Of a DNA stretch of 64,000 nt, positions 1 through 10,160 are shown in pieces. Origin of the DNA: Carpediemonas membranifera BICM (taxonomy: Eukaryota; Protista; Fornicata); contig JAHDYR010000007.1 of assembly GCA_019828565.1 (NCBI GenBank), positions 444,373 through 508,372 of the forward strand, read 5' to 3'. Position 1 is the stretch's first letter; each line of letters starts with the position of its first letter. The notes below the pieces were generated by a model. That model saw only the letters and a list, made by a program, of their open reading frames with translations, had not been told where the DNA came from and ran no database searches. The position numbers and the translations under genes are program-made.

Positions 1-3000
1 GACCGGGCGAGGGCGTACCACTTCCAAGCATTGGCGCAGATCAGCAAGTTCTGGCCCATGCTCCTGAGGAAGCAGCCCGATCTGCCGCTAATCGTCCACA
101 ACGCCAAGCTCATCGCCATGTCGACTGAGCAGGCCGGCCGACTGTACAACCGCCTCGTCAGTCGTTACGGGGACAACCCGACCGTCCGCGAGTGGTACAT
201 CCTGTTCCTCGACTCCGTCATGCAGGACCACAGCCGCGCCCAGCAGCTGCGGACCGAGCGCGAGGAGCAGAACCTGGCTGCGGCGTCGGAGGGCACGGGC
301 TCGATGTCGAGTCTCGACGCCTCGTCCGTGGGGAAAGAGTCTGCCATCCTTGCGGCCGACCCCGAGACCCGCGGCACGGCCACCGACTGGGCGATTTTCC
401 TCTCATTCGCCCTCAACGCCCTCCTGGTCGGCCTGTCCGTCCTTCTCGTCTTCGGCTGCGTCGAGTACACGCGTGGTAAGGTTGACCTGGTCAACAGTCT
501 CCACAACATCAACTTAGCCGTGGCTGACGGGGCTCTCGATACAATGTTGCTCAGCCTCTCCGACGAGGACCTCGAATCCCTCTCGCAGGGCCGCGGTGAC
601 GTCGTGGCGAGGGTCATGAGCGCGTACACGGCGGTGGCGTCGTATGACAACTTCATGCTGACCATGGCTGACGCAGACCTCCTCTTCTTCGCACGGACGA
701 CGCCAGTGGAGCTCCCACAACGGCATAAGTACCTCGTGGCCCACCCCTGGGAGATCTCGGCCATGATCGCCCAGGCCTTCGCCTCCTTGGCGTCCAACCC
801 GGTCAGCACGGTCGTGAGTCGCACCGAGGCACTCTCTATCGCCACGCGGTCCCAGCTAGAGATCCGAGACAACGCGCTGGACGTATTCACTACAGTGGTG
901 GAGGCGCTGTGCGGGTCAGCCCGCCTTGCCGTCGTCACAATGGTGCTTGTTGACGCGCTGTGCACCGTGGCGGTCGGCGTTGTCCAGCTCAGCGTCATCT
1001 GCATCATGGGATACTGGATCGTACTCCGCGGGTTCAGCACCGAGATCAGGGTGTGTGACGCGGCGCTGTCCGATTGTCTCGCCGTCTCCAGGGCCCAGGT
1101 CCGTCGCCAGATGCGGCTCATTGACGTCGCCAAGTCGAAGTTCAAAGATATCGACTTCGACCTCGGCTTTGCCGGGGAGATCATGGACAACGACGACTTC
1201 GAGGCCAACGCCCTGATCCTCCAGAGCCCCCGCGGCCAACAGTCTGACACGCCGCGGCGCGTGGCCCCGCAGGCGACGTTCCAGATCCCCGAGGAGACGA
1301 GCGACGTCGACCTCACTGAGGAGGGCCAGGACCTCGCCGAGTGCCTCCCCCGCCCCGCATACGACGACGTCGCGGACATCCCCGAGACGGATTCGGACCT
1401 TCACTTCGACGTCGTCCCGGTCGGCTTGATGGCGTCCTCGATGACGTCTTCATCAACTGATGACCTCCAGACGATCGGGGACGACTCTGACTCGGGTTGG
1501 GCGATGCCCTCGCTCGGCTTCAAGGGGATTCGGCACAGTGGGAGCAACAACAGCAACACGACGAGCTCGACGAGAACCACTCCCACCCCAACTGCGGCCC
1601 TGCAGGCGTTCCTGGCCATGATCGCCCAGCTCTCGGCCCGGGGCAAGCCCTCACTGCTGCCCAAGGGTAAGCGCCACAAAAAGAGGGGGCCAAAGCTTCC
1701 GACCACAGCGTCCAGAGCGATTGACCTTCTCAGTATGGCCGCGGGCGTGCTGCTGGTGCTCTGCCTGACAGGTCTCATCGTCATGAACCTCTACGGCCTG
1801 CAGACCTTCGTGTTCAACGATATCGTCGTTGAAAAGGACCTCCAGTTCAGCACGATGAGGTTCATCAAGGAACGCGGCTGTCTGTTGTACGACGCCACCA
1901 ACTTTGCTGTGACGGGGTCGCTCCAGAGCTTCGCGGAGTTCGACTCGGCCAATGTCGGAGACCTAGCAGCCGAGCCGCCCGCGGAGTTCCAGTACCTGCA
2001 CGACCTGCTGCTCACAGACGACCTGGTGGCGTTCAGCGACTCAGTGGCACTGCTCGAGCACTACATGGGCGTCGCGGTCAACCTCGGGGCCCTGGGCGCC
2101 GGATATTCTGACGACCTCGTGTTCAAACACGCCACGGCCTGGAACTACACGGCCGAGAACACCCACGGCTACGAGACCGAGGCGATGGGCCGGACCGTGT
2201 GGTACAACAACACCGCGGCCGACTCGACCCTGCCCGCGGCCGACCAGCGGGTGATCGCCCAGGCGGTGATCTTCGACAAGGCGGTGAGAGACGCGGCTAA
2301 TGAAATGTACAGCGCGCTATACAGCCAGGCAGGGCTGATCTACGACAAGAACATGGCCAACGCGGATAGAATGGATACATTTGGCATTGCCCTCGCAGTG
2401 GACCTCACGACCATCGTTGTATCCGTTCTAGCGGGCGCCTTCATGGCGCTGCCGCTTGTGGTTCGCATCCTCCGCCACGACGGTCTCGTCCGGAAGCACG
2501 CCATCGCCATCGCGGGCACCGTTCTATGCATCATCCTCGTCATCACCGCCCACGCCGTCGTCATGGGCCGCGTTGACCGTGTGGTCGCCCCGCACACGAC
2601 GCTCAGGGCCACCGCCCAGCGCGGGATGACCCTCGAGCGGCTCGACGTCGTCTTCGCCCACCTCGTCTACACTGTCCAGCGGTTCGTCTACATGCCGGGC
2701 GACGGCGCCTTTGTCGACGCTCTAGAAGGGTTCACTGATCTTCAGACGCACATCGCGGCGATGCTGAGCCTGGAGGAGGACGGATACAACCTCGAGGAGA
2801 ACCTTGCTCTGTTCATATCACTCCGTACGGAGCTGTCGGTCGCCTTCTGCCTCGCAGCTGATGCGTACAACTTCACGCTCGAGGAAGCCCCAGCCATTAT
2901 TCAGACCTTCGCCTGGAACTCTTCGGATGCTGCATCCCGCGGCGTTGACCAGCTCAGGTACTCCAACAGCACGTACGACCTCGCCCTGCCCACGGAGACG

Positions 3001-3927
3001 AAGGTGGCGATGGCCAAGGAGCTCTGCCTCGCCGACTGGGTGACCCGTGCTGACTTCCGGATTCTCAGCTCGACAACGTGGACGAACTTCCTGGAGTACG
3101 CGAGCGGCGTGGCCGGGCAGGTGGGCAGCTACTTTACCACGGCCACAGCGTCCAGTGCGGCGGTCATCGTGCTCTGTCTGCTCGCCCTCCTATTCACGGC
3201 CTTCTACATCATCCCCATGCAGCTCTCGTCCATCCTGCAGCAGAAGGCTGACGTCATGGAGCAGCAGACTGTGCTCAACCAAAGCCTGCGCGGCTATTTC
3301 ATCATCGTCGTCGCTGTGCTCTGCTCCATCGCGACCGTGCTCATCGGCCTGCTCGCAGTCAGTGTCCTGGCCGTCTTTGCCCTGAGCCGGCTCTTCAGCT
3401 TCCTGTCAACGTCGACCCACTGCGACTCCAGTACCGTCAACGCGGCCACCTGCGCGATCCTGGCGTCGTCGGACTTCACCAGCGGATACCACACGGAGCT
3501 CGAGGCCGCCACCGACAGCCTGGTAACCGAGATCGGCGCCATGTTCGACACCGACGTCTTCAGCGAGTACATCCTTTACGATACGGTCAACACCTCGGCC
3601 TCTGCGGCGATCGCGTCCATGGTCTCCGCGCTCAAGGACTTCGAGGCCATCGCCCCAGCCCAGGAATACGAGGACCTCCTCAACACGCGGCTCATCACCT
3701 TCCTACAGACGCTGGAGGCCGCTAAGCCTGCTCTGGAGTCTTCGTTCCATGCTAGGGTTGACCGGGTCGACTTGGTCATGTCGCTGGTGGAGGCGACGGC
3801 CGTTGTCGGCGGCCTCTGCTTCGTCATCCTCCTTACTATCTCATACTTCGCGGTGATACGCCGCCTGTGCCGCCATCTCGCCCGGTATAGCACTGCGCTG
3901 TTGCTTCTCCGGTCATATCTCCGCTAA
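1..3927 (+). CDS. Large multi-pass membrane protein, TmcB/TmcC-like (5' partial; frame open from base 1)
   Basis: 1300-codon ORF with strong GC3 bias; FWPMLL...LY..L...Y.DNP.V...Y..FL..V..D helical-repeat segment resembles Tmc-family proteins; several TM hairpins flanking extracellular segments. Confidence 0.6.
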   Translation, partial: DRARAYHFQALAQISKFWPMLLRKQPDLPLIVHNAKLIAMSTEQAGRLYNRLVSRYGDNPTVREWYILFLDSVMQDHSRAQQLRTEREEQNLAAASEGTGSMSSLDASSVGKESAILAADPETRGTATDWAIFLSFALNALLVGLSVLLVFGCVEYTRGKVDLVNSLHNINLAVADGALDTMLLSLSDEDLESLSQGRGDVVARVMSAYTAVASYDNFMLTMADADLLFFARTTPVELPQRHKYLVAHPWEISAMIAQAFASLASNPVSTVVSRTEALSIATRSQLEIRDNALDVFTTVVEALCGSARLAVVTMVLVDALCTVAVGVVQLSVICIMGYWIVLRGFSTEIRVCDAALSDCLAVSRAQVRRQMRLIDVAKSKFKDIDFDLGFAGEIMDNDDFEANALILQSPRGQQSDTPRRVAPQATFQIPEETSDVDLTEEGQDLAECLPRPAYDDVADIPETDSDLHFDVVPVGLMASSMTSSSTDDLQTIGDDSDSGWAMPSLGFKGIRHSGSNNSNTTSSTRTTPTPTAALQAFLAMIAQLSARGKPSLLPKGKRHKKRGPKLPTTASRAIDLLSMAAGVLLVLCLTGLIVMNLYGLQTFVFNDIVVEKDLQFSTMRFIKERGCLLYDATNFAVTGSLQSFAEFDSANVGDLAAEPPAEFQYLHDLLLTDDLVAFSDSVALLEHYMGVAVNLGALGAGYSDDLVFKHATAWNYTAENTHGYETEAMGRTVWYNNTAADSTLPAADQRVIAQAVIFDKAVRDAANEMYSALYSQAGLIYDKNMANADRMDTFGIALAVDLTTIVVSVLAGAFMALPLVVRILRHDGLVRKHAIAIAGTVLCIILVITAHAVVMGRVDRVVAPHTTLRATAQRGMTLERLDVVFAHLVYTVQRFVYMPGDGAFVDALEGFTDLQTHIAAMLSLEEDGYNLEENLALFISLRTELSVAFCLAADAYNFTLEEAPAIIQTFAWNSSDAASRGVDQLRYSNSTYDLALPTETKVAMAKELCLADWVTRADFRILSSTTWTNFLEYASGVAGQVGSYFTTATASSAAVIVLCLLALLFTAFYIIPMQLSSILQQKADVMEQQTVLNQSLRGYFIIVVAVLCSIATVLIGLLAVSVLAVFALSRLFSFLSTSTHCDSSTVNAATCAILASSDFTSGYHTELEAATDSLVTEIGAMFDTDVFSEYILYDTVNTSASAAIASMVSALKDFEAIAPAQEYEDLLNTRLITFLQTLEAAKPALESSFHARVDRVDLVMSLVEATAVVGGLCFVILLTISYFAVIRRLCRHLARYSTALLLLRSYLR

Positions 3928-3989
3928 TTCATATTAAATAGACCTAAATCCTCAGTGGCCGCAGTAAAATTTATAAACCAGCCTCGCCA

Positions 3990-5549
3990 TCATGCGATGT
4001 CGACTGGCACGATCCGCATCGCCGGGCCGTATTGCTCGGCCTCGCCTTCGCTGGCCGGTGTGAATTCAGTCTCGTCCGCAGTTACCGACGAGGCGACCCA
4101 AGACCCATCAGGTCGCATGACACAGCCCGACTGCGAGATATGAGTCGCCTCGAAGGGGAGCTCGTAAGTGGTGAAGAAACCGTCGTCGACACACACTGTG
4201 CGGCCCTCCTGGACGTAGAAGAGCCGGAACGAGTCGCAGACAAAGCCCTTGACTGCCCCCTCAAACCTGAGGGGTCTGGGCACCGCGCATACGTCGCCCT
4301 CGGCCAGGCCGGGGAGCAGGCCGGAGTGGGCGATGATGCTCGGTACCTTGCCCGCGAACAAAAGGCGGCCGCTGCTGAGGAAGATATTGGCCGTGTGCAG
4401 CGGGAACACAGCATCCACGGGGAACGCTGTCGCAGTGAAGCCGTTCGTGCGATTGAAGTGGCCCAGCCCCAGCTGGCCCTGCCTGTTGTCGCCTGCGATG
4501 AGCTGCGTGCGGTGTGCTGTCAGGAGTACGAGCCAGTCGTACGCTGCAATGTGACTTGGGGCAAAGTCATCTGGGAGGATCACTGGGTTGAATCTATACT
4601 TTTGTATCTTGCTATCTGTAGATCCAATGAATCTTTTGCAATCCTTGCCCGAATAAATGATTCCTACTGGGGTTCGGATCAGCGTGTAATACCGTGTCAT
4701 CGCGATCTCGGTCACAAGCCGGTCCTTGCGCCACGGCGGGAGCTGCTGCTCGTACCTTTCCACGTCGGGACAGCAGGGGAAGGCGAGGCGGGTCGGCGTG
4801 GTAATTTCTCCCTCGACGTCCAGGCCGAGTTTCTTCCATCTGTTCTTGCCGAGCCCGAATAGGCCATGGGGGGTGGTGAGGCAGAAGGTCGATTCGTGCG
4901 AGACTACGAGCTCGACGGCGGGCACATGGACCCTGCAATACCAGGCATCGTGGTGATCTGTGGAGCTCCGGATGAAGAGGCGGCCAGCGTAGCACCGGCT
5001 AAAGTTAGCCAAGGAGGAGGATGCGTAACCGTCCTTCTCGGCCACCTGGCGAGAAAAGAAGAATTTTTTGCACAGGAACCATAACTGCTTGTCCTGGACA
5101 CCATACGACTGCCTATCATCCCACGCTCGTTCCCACGGCGTCCGTCGCAAATCTGGGTCCGCCCCGGCTCCCATCATCACCGCCCACACCGTGCCCTGGA
5201 GCAGCGTGTGCAGGGCAGCGGGGAGGTCCTCGCCTTCTCTGAGCGGGATGTTCATGCTCATAGGGGGGTCGACGAGGAGTGCTGAAGCGCGTCTGAGCAA
5301 CGATTGTGCTGACGCCCCAAGTCCGGAGAGCATCGATAGCCCGTGTTGGAGCTGCCCAACTGTCAAATACTTCCCTTGATCTACACTAGCAGCTCGGATT
5401 GCGGGAACATCCTCCGAAAACTCGGCTTGGAATACAAGATCCACGCAGCGAGGGATGTTTCCAGGATGATCCGCTGTAACTATACAGGCGCCCCAGTATA
5501 ACTCCAACAAGGCTTGCTTCAGTGTCTTCTTGCTCTCTTGCTCCTCCAT
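3990..5549 (-). CDS. RCC1/BLIP-II-like repeat protein, lineage-expanded family (paralog of 53940-55646)
   Basis: AGDNRQGQLGLGH and GLGKN..KLGL motifs; shares PTRL.F.CP..E..LPPW[RH]KDRLV with 53940-55646. Confidence 0.75.
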   Translation of the reverse strand: MEEQESKKTLKQALLELYWGACIVTADHPGNIPRCVDLVFQAEFSEDVPAIRAASVDQGKYLTVGQLQHGLSMLSGLGASAQSLLRRASALLVDPPMSMNIPLREGEDLPAALHTLLQGTVWAVMMGAGADPDLRRTPWERAWDDRQSYGVQDKQLWFLCKKFFFSRQVAEKDGYASSSLANFSRCYAGRLFIRSSTDHHDAWYCRVHVPAVELVVSHESTFCLTTPHGLFGLGKNRWKKLGLDVEGEITTPTRLAFPCCPDVERYEQQLPPWRKDRLVTEIAMTRYYTLIRTPVGIIYSGKDCKRFIGSTDSKIQKYRFNPVILPDDFAPSHIAAYDWLVLLTAHRTQLIAGDNRQGQLGLGHFNRTNGFTATAFPVDAVFPLHTANIFLSSGRLLFAGKVPSIIAHSGLLPGLAEGDVCAVPRPLRFEGAVKGFVCDSFRLFYVQEGRTVCVDDGFFTTYELPFEATHISQSGCVMRPDGSWVASSVTADETEFTPASEGEAEQYGPAMRIVPVDIA

Positions 5550-5771
5550 GGCGCGGCCAGCGGGAGGGCGTGAGCAAGACTGACTTTGCGTGACTCAGCG
5601 CCGACTTGACAGTGGTGTCAGAGCCCACATGGCTTGACACGGGATGGGCAGTCAGCAGTCATATCCAATCGGATCTTCTGCATCCCAAAATGCTGTTCAG
5701 ACTCGATTGCATCAAGGGCCGAAGAATACGATACCTTTAGGCCCCCAAAAGAACCGTTATTTGACTGTTTA

Positions 5772-7199
5772 CTATTCCGCGTTAAAGATGGTCGACAGCG
5801 ATGTCCGGGCAGCGTTCTCCTTCTTCTTGCCCCGAGGGCTAAACTGCTGAACAATCTCGTCTGTCTCGTGTCTCTTGAATGTGTATCCGATGAACGGCAG
5901 GTCTGTGTGGTTCTTGCGCCACAGCGCCGTGTCTCCAGGGGCCCCGTGTGTGGGTGTGTCCTCGCGCGCGTCCTGGACGTCGAAGTAGCGCGTGTCGAGC
6001 TCATCGCTCAGCTCGGGGACGAAAGGGGGCACCTGCTGCTGCAGGCTGTCCCAGTCGATGCCCGCGAAGAAGGGGTGGGCCTTGATCTCGTCGATCCCGC
6101 GGCGGCCCAGGCGTGTGCGGGCGTCCCGGAGGAAGGTGCAGATCAGGGAGCGGGCCTCAGACGAGATGTGGACCTCCCGGGGGAAGTGGAGGTACTCCCG
6201 CCACCGCACGATCTTAGTGCACGTGTCCCGGGCGTTCTCGGCGTAGAACGGGGCGTATCCAACGAGGCACTCGTACATGATGACACCGACAGACCACCAA
6301 TCCGACTCCTGACCATAGCCCTCGGGCAGACGCTGCAGGACCTCGGGGGAGACGTAGTCAGGCGTCCCGACCGCGCTAAAGGCCCGCAGACGGCGTTTGT
6401 GGCGCCAGGTTCTGATGTGTTGCTGCTGTGACATCACAGGGCCGTCCGGGGTGGGCCCGTTGTCCTCATACATGCCTGTGAAGGGGTCGGTGACGACGCC
6501 GGGTGACGCGAGTCCGAAGTCTGAGAGGCGGATGTGCCCGTCGGCCGTGAAGAGCACGTTGTCGGGCTTCAGGTCGCGGTGGATGTAGCCGAGCTCGTGG
6601 ACGTGCTGCACGGCCATGATTATCTCCGCCATGTAGAACCGGACGGTGGCCTCGGACAGGGTGTCCTTCTTCATGAGCAGCGTCATCAGATCGCCGCCGG
6701 GGGCGTACTCCATGACGAGATAGAGACTCGAGGGGTCCTGGAACGAGTAGTAGAGCTCCGTGATCCACGTCTCGTCGCTGTCGGCGGTGGATCCTTTCGC
6801 CAGGATGTCGCGCTCGGCTCTTACGTGCGATATCTGGTGCCGCTTCAACATATCCTTCTTGCGGAGGATCTTGAGGGCACAGATACGCCCGGTCTCGAGC
6901 TCCTTGGCGACGTGAACCTCGCCGAATGCGCCACGACCGATGCATCGAATCAGTTCAAAATCTTTCAGGGACAACTTCTTTCGGTACACACGCATGAATT
7001 CAGACTCCTTCTGCGTCAGGGTCTCCATAGCCAACTTCGCAACTTCTTCCGTTACCTCAGATTGTTCCAATGCTTCCTGAAGCTGCTGCCGCCTCTTCTG
7101 CCGATCCTCTCGCCGGGAATGGAGACGCTTATAGTGCTCCTCTATGTATTGCTTTGCAGCACTGACATGGTTAGTGCGCTGTTGGGAATCGTCGCTCAT
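5772..7199 (-). CDS. NDR/LATS-family AGC Ser/Thr kinase
   Basis: KESEFMR N-terminal regulatory segment, GRGAFGEV, HRDLKPDN, DFG, AFSAVGTPDY, AGC tail, FIGYTF hydrophobic motif; start placed at MSDDSQQ (7199), upstream ATGs possible. Confidence 0.95.
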   Translation of the reverse strand: MSDDSQQRTNHVSAAKQYIEEHYKRLHSRREDRQKRRQQLQEALEQSEVTEEVAKLAMETLTQKESEFMRVYRKKLSLKDFELIRCIGRGAFGEVHVAKELETGRICALKILRKKDMLKRHQISHVRAERDILAKGSTADSDETWITELYYSFQDPSSLYLVMEYAPGGDLMTLLMKKDTLSEATVRFYMAEIIMAVQHVHELGYIHRDLKPDNVLFTADGHIRLSDFGLASPGVVTDPFTGMYEDNGPTPDGPVMSQQQHIRTWRHKRRLRAFSAVGTPDYVSPEVLQRLPEGYGQESDWWSVGVIMYECLVGYAPFYAENARDTCTKIVRWREYLHFPREVHISSEARSLICTFLRDARTRLGRRGIDEIKAHPFFAGIDWDSLQQQVPPFVPELSDELDTRYFDVQDAREDTPTHGAPGDTALWRKNHTDLPFIGYTFKRHETDEIVQQFSPRGKKKENAARTSLSTIFNAE

Positions 7200-7650
7200 C
7201 TCCGTTGGGTGCACTTTTGCCCGAATTTGTTCAGGGTCAAGTCCGAAAGACTGCAAGAAAGTCATACATCGATGCAAGGTATGGTCGTGTGGACACTCGC
7301 AGCGCCTTTGGTTTACTTGTTTTTTGCGTCAGCTTGAATCGGTGCTAAAGCGGGAAAAGCTAAGTCGGCCAATCACGTGACCACATTACCATACCTGACG
7401 GCGCGAGATAATAGCTTGCAGCTGTACTCTCGCCGTGCCCATGCCACACCCTGGGATTCGCCCAGTCAGGCAAGGCGGGGAACGCGGCCGGATGAGTACC
7501 AGGGGAGAAAGTGCCCCGAGCCCCTTTGCTCTCCGTGGAGATGGTTGATAGACTCATTTCCTTCCAGAAATCGAAATGACCGCTCGATCCGGCTACGATC
7601 ATCAGTGTCAAGCCGCTCTTGTATGACAAGGCTGTAATGACGCGGACAAG

Positions 7651-9114
7651 ATGAATGCTTTCATCCATAACAAGACTTACAAGAGCTATGGCTCGGAATT
7701 TAGGCTTTCGTCCGCTTCAAACGGTGATTTTGTCCTCGAGGCCCGTGGTCTCAACATGTCCGGACAGCTGGGCATCTCCTCTTCAGCCGAGATCGTCTCC
7801 GAGTGGCACAAAGTCTCTCTCCCAGCCGATTTCAAGCTCATTCACCTCGCAATCCGTTGCAACACAAGCGTTTTCATCGGGACCACCAAAGGACGCAAGC
7901 GGGCCTTCGCATGCGGCTGCAACACTCATGGCCAGCTGGCGTTGGGCCATAGAGCTAACGTGAACACGCCCACCCCCATCGCCGTCGACAACATCGTCTC
8001 CGTGACGATCAGATGCCGCTCGTGCTTTATACGAACGGCCTCGGTGCCCCACGACGTCTGGTACGCATGTGGGGACAACACGTATGGCCAGCTGTGTCTC
8101 GGTATGTCCGACCACGTCGTCGTCGACCCGACTCGGCTCGACTTCACGGTGCGGCCAGGGATCGCCAAGGTCGATGTCATCGAGGGGTCGACCTTCCTCC
8201 ACATGGCCGACCTCTCCATGTACGCTGCCGGAAACAACAAGCGCGGTCAGCTCGGCGTGGGGCACATGCGCTCGATCGACTGGCCTAGCGTCGTGTTGCT
8301 GCCCAACCAGGCAGTGAGAACTATCAAGGGCGGGTCAGATACGATCTTCTTCATCATGACGGACGGCTCGCTGTACGCCACTGGGTGGAACAGGCGGGGA
8401 CAGGCGGGACTCGGCGCAGAGCCCACCATCATGACGCCTGACCGGGTCCCCCTGCCGGGTCGGGTTTCAGACGTACAGACGATATCCTGCCGCACACTGA
8501 TCGCGCTGGAGGACGGCCGGGTCTTCATCTGCGGCGACAACCTCGCGGGCTTCTTTGTCCCGGACTCGCAGTGCCACATGATCACGAAGCCGCGGGAGTG
8601 GAAGGTCGAGGGCGTCACGGCGGGTGTGATTGTGATGACTCAGCTCGGCCTCTTCGTCCAGGATGCATACGGCAGGTGGAAGGCCAAGGGCGTGAACATG
8701 GCGGGCGAGCTCGGGTTGGGCCACACCAACCCCGTGTCTGAGCTCACGCCGCTCGCCCTGCCACAGAAGCTGGCGGAGTCTGGCATCGAGTTCGTGCTGC
8801 CCTTCCTTCACTCGACGTTCTTCATCCCATTCGGCAGGCACGGCGTCTGGGCGGTGGGCATGAACGACTGGCACCAGCTGGGCGTCGAGACCGCCGCGAA
8901 CCCGGTGCTGGTGCCCTCGCTCGTCGTCAACCCCGACATCGCCATCGCGCTGCAGCCGGCCGTCTTCCACTGGGGCGGCCACGCGCTGATCGTGCGGGGC
9001 GTGCCGGCGATAGGCGACGTTGGCGTGGGCAAGGGGGTGGTCGACAAGGAGAAGCTCGAGCTGGACGTCGACGACGAGACCGAGGAGGCCGGCGGGTCGG
9101 CGACGCTGGCGTGA
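7651..9114 (+). CDS. RCC1-repeat beta-propeller protein
   Basis: About seven G.N..GQLG repeats. Confidence 0.9.
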   Translation: MNAFIHNKTYKSYGSEFRLSSASNGDFVLEARGLNMSGQLGISSSAEIVSEWHKVSLPADFKLIHLAIRCNTSVFIGTTKGRKRAFACGCNTHGQLALGHRANVNTPTPIAVDNIVSVTIRCRSCFIRTASVPHDVWYACGDNTYGQLCLGMSDHVVVDPTRLDFTVRPGIAKVDVIEGSTFLHMADLSMYAAGNNKRGQLGVGHMRSIDWPSVVLLPNQAVRTIKGGSDTIFFIMTDGSLYATGWNRRGQAGLGAEPTIMTPDRVPLPGRVSDVQTISCRTLIALEDGRVFICGDNLAGFFVPDSQCHMITKPREWKVEGVTAGVIVMTQLGLFVQDAYGRWKAKGVNMAGELGLGHTNPVSELTPLALPQKLAESGIEFVLPFLHSTFFIPFGRHGVWAVGMNDWHQLGVETAANPVLVPSLVVNPDIAIALQPAVFHWGGHALIVRGVPAIGDVGVGKGVVDKEKLELDVDDETEEAGGSATLA

Positions 9115-9616
9115 GTAAAGGGACGTTTTGGGCGAAGGGCTGCATGAGAGCGCGTAGCCGTCTCTGCACGATGCTAAAGACTGTTATTGCGGCTTCCGCT
9201 GTTGTCGAGACCCACGCTCGGGCGGGTGCTGTCAGCACCAACAGTCGCGGTGGGCCTAAACACCCGATAAAAACGCCGAGGGCTGTGAATACCAAAGTCC
9301 AGCGCTCAAAAGCACCACGCTGGCAGGAATCCTCGATTTCCCTTCGGATGATGCTCTTGAACCCCCGCAACAGCGATGGCCACAGCATACAGCCGCGCTG
9401 AAATGACGCTGAATATAACAACATGAGCCAGCACATAACAGCACTTCTAGATCATGAAAATGACATTAGAACGACCACAAGTCGTCTACACGCCGAGTTT
9501 CGCCAGGTGCATCTTATGTCCTAACTTCGACTCAGTTGAAGTCGAATACGGAATGACCAGGGAGACAGAAAGAAGAAGTGTAAACGTTTTACTACAGTCA
9601 CCCATGCGCCCGCTAC

Positions 9617-9656
9617 TTGATGTTGGTTAGCTGTTGGTGTCTTTTGACACCGTTTT
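9617..9656 (-). promoter_or_regulatory. Histone H2A 3' stem-loop (GGUGUC-AAAA-GACACC, 9636-9651) plus conserved downstream element CAACAUCAA (9617-9625)
   Basis: Perfect 6-bp stem and 4-nt loop 23 nt after the stop; 23-nt block identical downstream of H2B (49053-49075). Confidence 0.85.
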
Positions 9657-9674
9657 GGGATAATTTTCGATTTT

Positions 9675-10049
9675 TTAGGCCTCCTGAGTGGCGGTCTTGC
9701 CCTTGGACTTGGACAGGATGCGCTGGTGGATGTGGGGGAGAACACCGCCCTGGGGGATTACCACATCGGCAAAGAGGCGGGAAAGCTCCTCGTCGTGGCG
9801 GATGGCCAGCTGGATGTGGCGGGGGGTGATACGGCGCTTGTTGTTCTCGCGCACGGCGTTTCCAGCGAGCTCGATGACCTCAGCGGTGATGTACTCGAGG
9901 ACGGAGGCGAGGTAGACGGGGGCACCGGCACCGATACGCTTGGCATAACGGCCGTCACGGAGCTGACGGTGGATACGACCAACAGGGAACTGGAGGCCGG
10001 CACGCTCGGACCTGGAGGTGGAAGACTTCTTTTCGGTATCCTTGGGCAT
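9675..10049 (-). CDS. H2A: Histone H2A with H2A.X-like C-terminal TQEA
   Basis: [41 protein letters not shown]; true start MPKDTEKK at 10049. Confidence 0.98.
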   Translation of the reverse strand: MPKDTEKKSSTSRSERAGLQFPVGRIHRQLRDGRYAKRIGAGAPVYLASVLEYITAEVIELAGNAVRENNKRRITPRHIQLAIRHDEELSRLFADVVIPQGGVLPHIHQRILSKSKGKTATQEA

Positions 10050-10116
10050 TAGGCTAGGATGAACAGAGTATACTTGCCGTAGCATGCCAGAATATATGTA
10101 ATCTAAAATTACAAGC

Positions 10117-10160
10117 ACTTTGCCAAATAGAGCCCAGTTTATGGCTTTGAAAGTTTGAAA
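10117..10160 (-). promoter_or_regulatory. 44-bp histone upstream element (H2A copy)
   Basis: 41/44 identical to 49537-49580, both starting 68 nt from the ATG. Confidence 0.85.
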
